A stretch of 59,152 nt of DNA, from NCBI GenBank assembly GCA_040002535.1, contig JBDUEF010000001.1, forward strand, positions 1-59,152, read 5' to 3'. Of this stretch, positions 51,385-59,152 are shown piece by piece. The notes below the pieces were generated by a model that searched no databases, was not told the origin of the DNA, and saw only the letters and a program-made list of their open reading frames with translations. Source of the stretch: Actinomycetota bacterium. Lineage in GTDB: Bacteria > Actinomycetota > UBA4738 > HRBIN12. The first letter of the stretch is position 1, and each line of letters starts with the position of its first letter. Both the position numbers and the translations under genes were made by a program.

Positions 51385-53106
51385 CTACTGCGCCGGCGCG
51401 TCGGCCGCGTCGGCCTGCCCCGGCTCCTCCTGGGGCTGGTCCTGCGTCTGGGGCGTGGCCCGATCGGGCGTCTCGTCGTCGTCGGCCGAGGACATCCGAT
51501 CCCAGCCCACGTCGGGCTTCACCTCGTCGGGCGGCGTGGTACGACCCAAACCCGACTCGGACCCGCCGTCGCCGCCGGTGGGCACGAACGTCTCCCCGTA
51601 CGCCTCGATCGCCGTCTTGAGGGCTGTCTCGGTCTCGTCCGACAGATCACCGGTGGTGCGGATCGCCTCGAGGATCTCGGGGTTGCGCGTGTCGAGGTAC
51701 TCGGTGAGACCGGTGACGAATCGCTTCGCGTCCTCCACCGGATGCGCATCCAGGTGGCCGCCGGTCGCTGCGTAGATCATCACGACCTGCCGCTCCACGG
51801 GCGCCGGCTGGTACTGCGGCTGCTTGAGGATCTCCACGACACGGGCCCCGCGTGAGAGCTGCTGCTGCGACGCCTTGTCCAGCTCGGAGCCGAACTGCGC
51901 GAACGCCTCCAGTGCGCGGAACTGCGCGAGGTCGATGCGCAGCCGACCGGCCACCTTCTTCATCGCCTTGATCTGCGCGGCTCCGCCGACCCGCGACACG
52001 GAGATGCCGACGTTGATGGCGGGCCGCACGCCGGAGAAGAACAGTTCCGGCTCCAGGTAGATCTGACCGTCGGTGATCGAGATGACGTTCGTGGGGATGT
52101 AGGCGGAGACGTCGCCGCCCTTCGTCTCGATGATCGGCAGCGCCGTCAGCGAGCCGCCGCCCAGCTCGTCGTTCAGCTTCGCGGCGCGCTCCAGCAGGCG
52201 CGAATGCAGGTAGAACACGTCGCCGGGGTAGGCCTCGCGGCCCGGCGGGCGGCGCAAGAGCAGGGAGAGCGTGCGGTAGGCGGTGGCCTGTTTCGACAGA
52301 TCGTCGTACACGATCAGCGCGGCCTGACCGTCGTACATCCAGTGCGCGCCCAGAGCGGCCCCGGCGTACGGCGCCAGGTACTGGAAGGGCGCGGGGTCCG
52401 AGGCGGAGGCGTTCACCACGACGGTGTATTCCAGCGCACCGTTGTCCCGCAGGGTCTCCACGACCTCTGCAACGGTGGAGGCCTTCTGGCCCACCGCCAC
52501 GTAGATGCACTTCACCGCCCTGTCGGTGCCCCAGTTCTCGCGCTGGGCGATGATGGCGTCGATCGCGACGGCGGTCTTGCCGGTCTGCCGATCGCCGATG
52601 ATCAGCTGGCGCTGTCCACGCCCGATCGCCGTCATCGCATCGATCGCCGCGATACCGGTGTACAGCGGCTCCTTCACTGGCTGACGCGACACCACGTTGG
52701 GCGCCTGCACCTCGAGGTTGCGATGATCGTCGGCCTGGATCGGGCCGTCGCCGTCCAGAGGCCGGCCGAGGCCGTCCACGACCCTGCCGAGGAACCCGTC
52801 TCCGACCGGCACCGACAGGATGTTGCCGGTCTGCTTGACCGGGTCGCCCTCCTCGATGTGGGAGGACTCACCCAGGATGATGCAGCCGATCTCATCCTCG
52901 TTGAGGTTCAGCGCCACGCCGAGGATCCCGCCGGGGAACTCCAGCAGCTCATTGGCCATGGTGCGCGGGAGCCCGCTGACGCGCGCGATGCCGTCGCCGG
53001 TCTCCAGCACCCGCCCGACCTCCTCGCGGTCGACCGTGGGCGTGTAGCTCTCCACGTTCCGGCGCAGCGCCTCGGCGATGGATGCGGGATCGAAGTTCAA
53101 TGCCAT
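51385..53106 (-). CDS. atpA: F1 ATP synthase subunit alpha with a C-terminal extension of about 66 aa
   Basis: 573 aa. P-loop GDRQTGKTA. The conserved body ends near ...[12 protein letters not shown], then an acidic/Pro-rich tail runs to the stop. Confidence 0.97.
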   Translation of the reverse strand: MALNFDPASIAEALRRNVESYTPTVDREEVGRVLETGDGIARVSGLPRTMANELLEFPGGILGVALNLNEDEIGCIILGESSHIEEGDPVKQTGNILSVPVGDGFLGRVVDGLGRPLDGDGPIQADDHRNLEVQAPNVVSRQPVKEPLYTGIAAIDAMTAIGRGQRQLIIGDRQTGKTAVAIDAIIAQRENWGTDRAVKCIYVAVGQKASTVAEVVETLRDNGALEYTVVVNASASDPAPFQYLAPYAGAALGAHWMYDGQAALIVYDDLSKQATAYRTLSLLLRRPPGREAYPGDVFYLHSRLLERAAKLNDELGGGSLTALPIIETKGGDVSAYIPTNVISITDGQIYLEPELFFSGVRPAINVGISVSRVGGAAQIKAMKKVAGRLRIDLAQFRALEAFAQFGSELDKASQQQLSRGARVVEILKQPQYQPAPVERQVVMIYAATGGHLDAHPVEDAKRFVTGLTEYLDTRNPEILEAIRTTGDLSDETETALKTAIEAYGETFVPTGGDGGSESGLGRTTPPDEVKPDVGWDRMSSADDDETPDRATPQTQDQPQEEPGQADAADAPAQ

Positions 53107-53108
53107 GG

Positions 53109-53645
53109 TCAGCTCCCCAGTTGCTGCTTCGCGTCGTCGAGACGGCTCGACACCGAGCCGTCGAACACCTCGTCGCCCACGTGGGCGATCACGCCGCCGA
53201 TCACCGAGGGATCGACGACGTCCCGGACCTCGACCTCGCGGCCGGTGGCCGCCGACAGAGCGGCGGCGATCCTGGTCCGACGCTCCTGCGTAAGCGGCAC
53301 GGCGGTGCGGACCTCGGCCAGGACGTGACGCCGGCGCTCCGTGGCCACCGTCGCGAGCTCGCGCACGATCGCGCCGAGCTCCTTGGCCCGTCCCGATCCG
53401 ACGATGAACCGGGCGATGTTGCGGGTGACCGGGTGCGATCGCTCGCCCAGCAGCTCGTCGATCACCGCCTCCTTGTTCGCCACCGGCAGCGCCGCGTCGG
53501 TCAGCGCCTCACGCAGAGCCGTGTTCTGCTCCACCGCGGCGGAGAAGGCGAACAGCTCCTTCTCGACGGCGTCGAGGGCCCCTTCGGCCTCCGCGACGGT
53601 CAGCATCGCCTGGGCGTAGCCGTGCACGAGGTCTGCGCCGGCCAC
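53109..53645 (-). CDS. atpH: F1 ATP synthase subunit delta (OSCP)
   Basis: GTG 53645 gives 178 aa. [22 protein letters not shown] and C-terminal [21 protein letters not shown] are typical. The 321-aa track ORF is over-extended. Confidence 0.85.
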   Translation of the reverse strand: MAGADLVHGYAQAMLTVAEAEGALDAVEKELFAFSAAVEQNTALREALTDAALPVANKEAVIDELLGERSHPVTRNIARFIVGSGRAKELGAIVRELATVATERRRHVLAEVRTAVPLTQERRTRIAAALSAATGREVEVRDVVDPSVIGGVIAHVGDEVFDGSVSSRLDDAKQQLGS

Positions 53646-53647
53646 GG

Positions 53648-54205
53648 TCAACCCTGTCCGTTCCCGCCGGAGGAGACCTCGTCGATGTAGCGGTCGATCA
53701 GCCGCTCGTGCGACGAGGCGTCCAGGGACTCGCCGACGACACGGCCGGCCAGATCGACGGCGATCTCCGCGACCTGCGCCCGCAGTTCCTGGAAGACCCG
53801 GTCGCGCTCCGCACGGATCTCGTCCTGGGCCCGGGCCACGGTTGCCTGCGCCTCCTCCTCCGCCTTCGCCTGCACGTCGTGGCGCAGCTGCTCCGCGGTC
53901 GTGCGCGCCTCCTCGATGATGCGTCCGGACTCCTCCCTGGCTCCCGCCAGCTGCTGGCGGTAGTCGGCGAGGATGCCGTCGGCCTCGGTGCGGGTCTGCT
54001 CGGCCCGCTCGAGCTCGCCCTGGATCTTCTGACGCCGCTCCTCCAACAGGGCGTTGATGCGTGGCAGCACCCACTTCGACATGAAGAAGAAGAGGATCGC
54101 GAAGGCGATGGCGCCCACCACCAGCTCCTGCCAGTGTGGGTAGAGGTCCTTCTTGTCGTTGAGCGGTTCGACCGCCGCGAGCAGGGCGAGGATCGTTGCC
54201 ACCAC
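53648..54205 (-). CDS. atpF: Fo ATP synthase subunit b
   Basis: 185 aa. A single N-terminal TM segment is followed by a long charged helix (LEERRQKIQGELERAEQTRTEA...). GTG start lies after GGGAGAGGAG. Confidence 0.85.
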   Translation of the reverse strand: MVATILALLAAVEPLNDKKDLYPHWQELVVGAIAFAILFFFMSKWVLPRINALLEERRQKIQGELERAEQTRTEADGILADYRQQLAGAREESGRIIEEARTTAEQLRHDVQAKAEEEAQATVARAQDEIRAERDRVFQELRAQVAEIAVDLAGRVVGESLDASSHERLIDRYIDEVSSGGNGQG

Positions 54206-54220
54206 GGTTGGCTCCTCTCC

Positions 54221-54481
<261 letters not shown>

Positions 54482-55276
54482 TCAATGTTCCTCCGCCATC
54501 GCGCCGCCGATGTAGGAGGCGGTGAGGATGGCGAAGATGAACGCCTGCAGTACGGACACGAAGATCTCGAAGCCCACCAGCGCGACGGCGAGGGCGAACG
54601 AGAACGGGGCGACGACGATGAGCAGTCCCCCTTGCAACAGGGCGATCGTCCCCAGGAAGAAGACGGCCAGCAGGAAGTGCCCTGCCAGGAAGTTCGCCCA
54701 CAGTCGAACCGACAACGTGACCGGCCGGATCAGGATGCCGGTGACGAACTCGATCGGCACCAGCAGCACGTACAGGATCGCCGGCGCACCGGGCGGGAAG
54801 AGCACGTGCTTCATGTACCCCACGAAGCCGTGCTTCCTGATCCCCACCACGTTGTAGGTGACCCACGCCACGATCGCCATGACCAGCGGGAACGCGATCC
54901 GGCTGTTGGACGAGAAGTTGATGCCGGGTACCACCTCGAAGATGTTCCAGAAGAAGATGGCGAAGAACAGGGTGGCCAGCAGCGGCATGTAGCGATCGGC
55001 GTCGGCGCCCAGCATGGGCACCGCGATGTTCTCGCGGACGAACGAGACGCCGATCTCGGCCATGCTCTGGAGCCGCCCGGGAACCACGCTCGGCCGCCGC
55101 AGCGCCAGGAAGAAGAAGGCCACGAACAGCACGAACCCGAACAGCACCAGGAAGAAGATGAAGTTCATGCAGAACGGCACCCCGCCGATCTGCACGGACG
55201 GGCCCCAGCAGGCCCACACGAAGTCCTTCGTCGTGGGCGGCTCGAAGACAGCCAGGATCGGCACCAGTCCGATCAC
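54482..55276 (-). CDS. atpB: Fo ATP synthase subunit a
   Basis: GTG 55276 (GTGA overlap) gives 264 aa. The essential Arg motif LSVRLWANFLAGH is present. Confidence 0.9.
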   Translation of the reverse strand: MIGLVPILAVFEPPTTKDFVWACWGPSVQIGGVPFCMNFIFFLVLFGFVLFVAFFFLALRRPSVVPGRLQSMAEIGVSFVRENIAVPMLGADADRYMPLLATLFFAIFFWNIFEVVPGINFSSNSRIAFPLVMAIVAWVTYNVVGIRKHGFVGYMKHVLFPPGAPAILYVLLVPIEFVTGILIRPVTLSVRLWANFLAGHFLLAVFFLGTIALLQGGLLIVVAPFSFALAVALVGFEIFVSVLQAFIFAILTASYIGGAMAEEH

Positions 55277-55701
55277 CGGCGCGCGTCCCCTCCGGCCGCC
55301 GGGAAGCTCCACAGGTCGGCCTGCATGCGGCCGGAGAGCAGCTTCATCTCCACCCCCAACAGGGCGATCGTCGCCGGGACCAGCGCGGCCACGAACGCGG
55401 TGACCGAGAACCACGCGAACTGCTGCAGCACGAGGATCACCACGACGATGACCGCGAGACGAAGGACGAAGCCGCCGAGCCCGACCGCGTACAGCACGAC
55501 CGGGGAGATGCCGGCCGCCCACGCCAAGGAGGACCCATGGGCGAGGAAGTTCAGGTACACGACCGCGATCCCGATGGCCGCCGACCAGCCGGTCGCCGGG
55601 GCGTCGAGGAGCGTTCCGATGACGAAGGCAGCGGCCGCCACGGGGAGCGCGAACGGCGAGATCCGCCGGATGAGCTCGCGCTCGGGCTCAGCTGCCGTCA
55701 C
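55273..55701 (-). CDS. atpI: ATP synthase protein I-like small membrane protein
   Basis: 142 aa with four hydrophobic segments, positioned immediately upstream of atpB. Confidence 0.55.
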   Translation of the reverse strand: MTAAEPERELIRRISPFALPVAAAAFVIGTLLDAPATGWSAAIGIAVVYLNFLAHGSSLAWAAGISPVVLYAVGLGGFVLRLAVIVVVILVLQQFAWFSVTAFVAALVPATIALLGVEMKLLSGRMQADLWSFPAAGGDARR

Positions 55702-55918
55702 CCTCTCCCCTCCCGTATCGCAACCAGACGATGTAGGTCGCGCCGGCCGCGCCGAGCACGAAACCGGCCGTCACGAACACGTGCTGCGTGCCCAGCAACC
55801 GGTCCAGCAGATACCCCAGACCACCCCAGGCGGCCATGCCGCCGATCATGGTTCCGGTGATCGCCCAGCCGGTCGCCATGCCGCCCCAGGACTCGTTCCG
55901 CTGATCCCTGGGGGCCAT
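55688..55918 (-). CDS. AtpZ/AtpI-family small membrane protein (first gene of the atp operon)
   Basis: ATG 55918 gives 76 aa, MAPRDQRNESWGGMATGWAITGTMIGGMAAWGGLGYLLDRLLGT.... It has two TM segments and overlaps the atpI start by 14 nt. Confidence 0.55.
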   Translation of the reverse strand: MAPRDQRNESWGGMATGWAITGTMIGGMAAWGGLGYLLDRLLGTQHVFVTAGFVLGAAGATYIVWLRYGRGEGDGS

Positions 55919-55927
55919 GGGCGTCAC

Positions 55928-55957
55928 AGTATAGGCGGGGGGATCGCGCAACGTCAA
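55928..55957 (-). promoter_or_regulatory. Sigma-70/SigA-type promoter of the atp operon
   Basis: The minus strand reads TTGACG (55957-55952), an 18-nt spacer, then TATACT (55933-55928). The first ATG (55918) lies only 9 nt after the -10 hexamer, with no SD. Confidence 0.45.
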
Positions 55958-56007
55958 AGTCGTCGAAGGGTCGTTTCCGCAGGTCAGAGGCCATTTCAGC
56001 GAGACCT

Positions 56008-56023
56008 TGTGAAAGCTTTCACG
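56008..56023. promoter_or_regulatory. CRP/FNR-family type operator candidate upstream of the atp promoter
   Basis: TGTGAAAGCTTTCACG matches TGTGA-N6-TCACA at 9 of 10 positions. The core GTGAAAGCTTTCAC (56009-56022) is a perfect 14-bp palindrome in an unusually AT-rich patch. Confidence 0.35.
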
Positions 56024-56060
56024 AACTCGCTGCCGATCCCCTGCAGAGGTGCGGGCCCGA

Positions 56061-56936
56061 TCAGGCCTTCGACCGGCGAGCGAAGACGAGGTTCCCCCCT
56101 GCCAAGAGAAGGCCCACACCGAACAGGATCGACCCCCAGACATTCACCTGTGGCGGCACGCCGAGCTTGGTGGCGCCGTACACCCACGTCGGGAACGTGT
56201 TGGTCTGCCCTCGCACGAAGTTCGTGATCACGAAGTCGTCCAGCGACAGGACGAACGACAGCAGGAACCCCGCTACGATGCCGGGCAGGATCAGCGGCAG
56301 CGTGACCTTGAAGAACGTGATGATCGGCGGCGCGAACAGATCCTGAGCGGCGTCCTCCAGGGAGCGGTCGAGGCCCTGCACGCGCGCCCGCACCGTGATG
56401 GCCACGAACGGGATCGAGAAGGCGATATGGGAGACCAGGATCGTGGGATATCCGATGAACACCGTCAATCCGGCCGGGTGGACCACGTTGGTCTGCACGA
56501 ACAGCGTGAGCAGGGCGGAGCCCAGCACGATCTCGGGGATCGCGATCGCCAGGAACACCACGAAGTTCACCAACGACCGCCCGCGGAAGGGATAGCGCCC
56601 CAGCACGAGACCGATGAACGCACCCAACCCCGACGCGATCAGCGAGGCCGGGATCGCGACCTTGATGGAGGTCGCCAGCGCCGTGTTCAGGTCCCCGAAC
56701 TCGCGGTAGTTCCTCCACCAGTTCAGCGTGCAGCACGTGAACGCCGGGACCTGCCGCTCGCCCCGGATGTTGTTGAAGCTGTACAGGATCATCAGGAAGA
56801 CCGGGCTGGCCAGGTAGACGATCATCGCGATCGTGAACACGGGCAGGATGTAGAACGTCCACCGGTGGCGTTTCACGCGCAGCGGTGGCAGATCCGGGAC
56901 CATGGCCTGCCGGGGAGCGGTGGCGACACTGCTCAT
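56061..56936 (-). CDS. Polyamine (spermidine/putrescine-type) ABC transporter permease, PotC-like
   Basis: ATG 56936 (ATGA overlap) gives 291 aa. The EAA-loop region is SLEDAAQDLFAPPIITFFKVTLP. The 531-aa track ORF is over-extended. Confidence 0.85.
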   Translation of the reverse strand: MSSVATAPRQAMVPDLPPLRVKRHRWTFYILPVFTIAMIVYLASPVFLMILYSFNNIRGERQVPAFTCCTLNWWRNYREFGDLNTALATSIKVAIPASLIASGLGAFIGLVLGRYPFRGRSLVNFVVFLAIAIPEIVLGSALLTLFVQTNVVHPAGLTVFIGYPTILVSHIAFSIPFVAITVRARVQGLDRSLEDAAQDLFAPPIITFFKVTLPLILPGIVAGFLLSFVLSLDDFVITNFVRGQTNTFPTWVYGATKLGVPPQVNVWGSILFGVGLLLAGGNLVFARRSKA

Positions 56937-57862
56937 GCCGAGGCCGCCGCTGCCAGGGCGTCGTTCTCGGTGCCGAGGATCCGGGCATAGATCAACGCCA
57001 GGACCAGCATGCCCAACATCAGGATCACCGACAGCGCCGCGGCGTCGGGGTACTGATTCTCGGTGAGGAACTTGGATTGGATGATCTGCCCGATCATGAA
57101 GGTACGGGAGCTGCCCAGAACCTGGGAATTGACGTAGTCGCCGGTGGCCGGGACGAATGTGAGGATCACCGCCGCGAACAGGCCCGGGAACGATAGCGGC
57201 AGCACGACCTTGCGGAACGCCTCGGCCCGGGTGGCGTACAGGTCCTTGGCCGCCTCCACCAGCCGGCGATCGATGCGATCGAGGGAGACGTAGAGGGGCA
57301 ACGCCGTGAACGGCAGGAAGTTGTACGTGATCCCCGCGATCACCGCCACCGGGCTCGCCAGCACACGGAAGTTCTCCGGGATCAACCCCATGTTCTTGAG
57401 GGGTCCGAACAGCAGACCGTTGTCGCCCAGGATGAACTTCCACTGCACCGTGCGGATCACGAAGGACACGAAGAAGGGCACCAGGATCATGAAGAACAGG
57501 GTGGACTTCCATCGGCCGCCGTAGAAGGCGATCCAGTACGCCATCGGGTACGCCAGCAGGATCGCGATGGTGGTGGCGATCCCGGAGTACGCCACCGACC
57601 TCACGTAGTACGACTTGTACTGGGAGAACACGTCGGGGTAGTTCGAGAACTCCCACGTGAACCGGAAGCCGCCGGACAGGATGCCCCCCGACTGGAGCGA
57701 TGTGTACACCACCAACGCCAGCGGCAGGATGAAGCCCACGACCAGGTAGAGGCCGCCCGGCGCGAGCAGCGCGTACGGGACCATCCTGCGCCGACGCCCG
57801 AGCGTCCGGTCGCTCCGTTGCGGGGGCGGCCCGGACGACTCGGGAACGACGACGGTGCTCAT
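56933..57862 (-). CDS. Polyamine ABC transporter permease, PotB-like
   Basis: 309 aa with six TM segments. The EAA loop is LVEAAKDLYATRAEAFRKVVLP. Confidence 0.85.
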   Translation of the reverse strand: MSTVVVPESSGPPPQRSDRTLGRRRRMVPYALLAPGGLYLVVGFILPLALVVYTSLQSGGILSGGFRFTWEFSNYPDVFSQYKSYYVRSVAYSGIATTIAILLAYPMAYWIAFYGGRWKSTLFFMILVPFFVSFVIRTVQWKFILGDNGLLFGPLKNMGLIPENFRVLASPVAVIAGITYNFLPFTALPLYVSLDRIDRRLVEAAKDLYATRAEAFRKVVLPLSFPGLFAAVILTFVPATGDYVNSQVLGSSRTFMIGQIIQSKFLTENQYPDAAALSVILMLGMLVLALIYARILGTENDALAAAASA

Positions 57863-57881
57863 CTGGGCGGGATCCGTCCGC

Positions 57882-59138
57882 TCACTCGGAGATCGGCAGG
57901 AAGATCGAGTCCCACTCCGACCGCTCGTCGTCGGTGGTCAGCTCGCGCGCGAACGACACCTTGGAGAAGATGGTGTCGTCGGGCCACAGGAGCGGGTTCT
58001 CCGCCATCGCCGCCAGCGCCGTGGCCGTGTACTTGTCGGGCTCCTTCTTCGCGTGGGCCCCGATCAGATCCTGCACCGCCGGCACCGGCGACATGTACAC
58101 CACCCACTCGGTGATCAGCTGCGCGATCTCCGGCTTGTAGACGTAGTCCATGAGCTGCAGCGCTCCGGCGGGATTGGCGGAGTTGGCCGGGATCAACATG
58201 TTGTCGACCCACAGCAGGGCGCCGCCGCCCGGCGTGGAGGCCCCTGGATCGGGCACGATGAACTCGAACGGATATCCCTCCCAGAGCTTGTAGTAGAGGA
58301 CGTCGCCCGACCACGCCATGGTGGCCTTGAGGTTCCCCGCCACGAAGTCGTCGATGTAGCCCTGGTCGTAATACACCCGGACGGTCCCGGAGTCCTTCTG
58401 CATCTGGAGCCAGGCGGCGGCCTCTTTCCAGTCGTCGGGCGTCGAGGTCTTCGGGTCGATGCCCAGGTTGATCATGACGACGTCGGGCATATCCGCCTTC
58501 AGCATCCCGACGGAGTTGGTCCCGACGACGTCGGGGTTGGCCAGGTCGTCCAGCGAGGTGACCGGCCGGGACACCTCCTCGGTGTTGAAACCGATCCCCG
58601 TGAGGCCCGACTGCCACGCCATCGAGTATTTGTTGCCGGGGTCGAAGTCCGGGTCCGTAGCGAAGTCCGCCGCGTTCGCGTCGAAGTTCGGACGCAGGGA
58701 CGGGTCCAGCGGGGTCACCCAACCGTTCTGGGTGAGGTTGATGAACTCGCGACCGTTGGTGATGACGATGATGTCCCAGCCCGTGTCCTGCCCTGCCTGC
58801 AGCTGGGGCAGGAGCTCACCGAAGAACGACGCGTTGTCGTTGATGACGGTCTCGTACTTCACGGTGATGCCGGTGTCCGCCTTGAACGTGTCCAGGGAAG
58901 GGTGGTACTTCTCGCCGGTGTCATGGTTCTTCGCGGTGTCGATGTACAGCGGCCAGTTGGCGAAGTTGATCTCAGTACCGGGCTCGGCGCCGAAGTCCAC
59001 GGAGGCCCCCGCGGCCGGCTCGACCCCGTCCTTGCCGGTGGTCGAGCTGGTGTCGCCGCCGCACGCGGCCAGTATCGACGCCAGGCTCAGCGTGCCTACG
59101 CTCATGCCCGCGTACTTGATCATGTTGCGCCGCGACAT
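57882..59138 (-). CDS. Polyamine ABC transporter substrate-binding lipoprotein, PotD/PotF-like
   Basis: 418 aa. The N-terminus MSRRNMIKYAGMSVGTLSLASILAACGG combines a twin-arginine motif with a lipobox (LAAC). The body fits type II periplasmic binding proteins. The ATPase gene would lie beyond the right edge. Confidence 0.85.
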   Translation of the reverse strand: MSRRNMIKYAGMSVGTLSLASILAACGGDTSSTTGKDGVEPAAGASVDFGAEPGTEINFANWPLYIDTAKNHDTGEKYHPSLDTFKADTGITVKYETVINDNASFFGELLPQLQAGQDTGWDIIVITNGREFINLTQNGWVTPLDPSLRPNFDANAADFATDPDFDPGNKYSMAWQSGLTGIGFNTEEVSRPVTSLDDLANPDVVGTNSVGMLKADMPDVVMINLGIDPKTSTPDDWKEAAAWLQMQKDSGTVRVYYDQGYIDDFVAGNLKATMAWSGDVLYYKLWEGYPFEFIVPDPGASTPGGGALLWVDNMLIPANSANPAGALQLMDYVYKPEIAQLITEWVVYMSPVPAVQDLIGAHAKKEPDKYTATALAAMAENPLLWPDDTIFSKVSFARELTTDDERSEWDSIFLPISE

Positions 59139-59152
59139 ACGCCGCTGCGTCA

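Overview
High-GC, very gene-dense chromosomal segment with actinobacterial-type synteny (ligA-gatCA/gatB; atp operon followed by murA). I support about 60 protein genes. I saw no rRNA, tRNA, CRISPR array, transposase, integrase or phage gene. Most of the window is core metabolism:
- a complete F1Fo ATP synthase operon (atpZ-I-B-E-F-H-A-G-D-C), then murA
- gatC-gatA and a separated gatB, ligA, mnmA
- serA coupled to a class V aminotransferase
- ilvE, a pabB-pabC fusion, and a potBCD-like polyamine importer

Accessory-looking modules:
- a decarboxylase / amino-acid permease / LigB-type extradiol dioxygenase / aldehyde dehydrogenase cluster (1-4.1 kb)
- a zinc-ribbon class III cyclase fused to a STAND-type ATPase
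- a ring-hydroxylating oxygenase alpha subunit that has lost its Rieske domain, coupled to a methyltransferase
- tandem MFS paralogs
- a 1010-aa double-FtsX permease with two different ATPases
- an orphan Rieske ferredoxin / ferredoxin reductase pair
- a murA-linked gene string: unknown membrane protein, CPBP protease, SCP2, ADH, SCP2, MeaB, IcmA-like mutase, His-rich Ni/Co transporter, with a convergent Fur-family regulator

I found no convincing defence island or self-contained new system. The most anomalous things visible directly in the sequence are:
1. a strongly coding-like 75-codon frame at 22305-22529 interrupted by an in-frame TGA
2. an aldehyde dehydrogenase whose conserved N-terminus lies upstream of any usable start codon, with an ATG one base out of frame across a C5 run
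3. the Rieske-less oxygenase
4. a roughly 66-aa acidic C-terminal tail on AtpA
5. a near-leaderless atp promoter preceded by a CRP-type palindrome

All functional calls come from reading the translated ORFs and recalling family motifs. No database search was possible.
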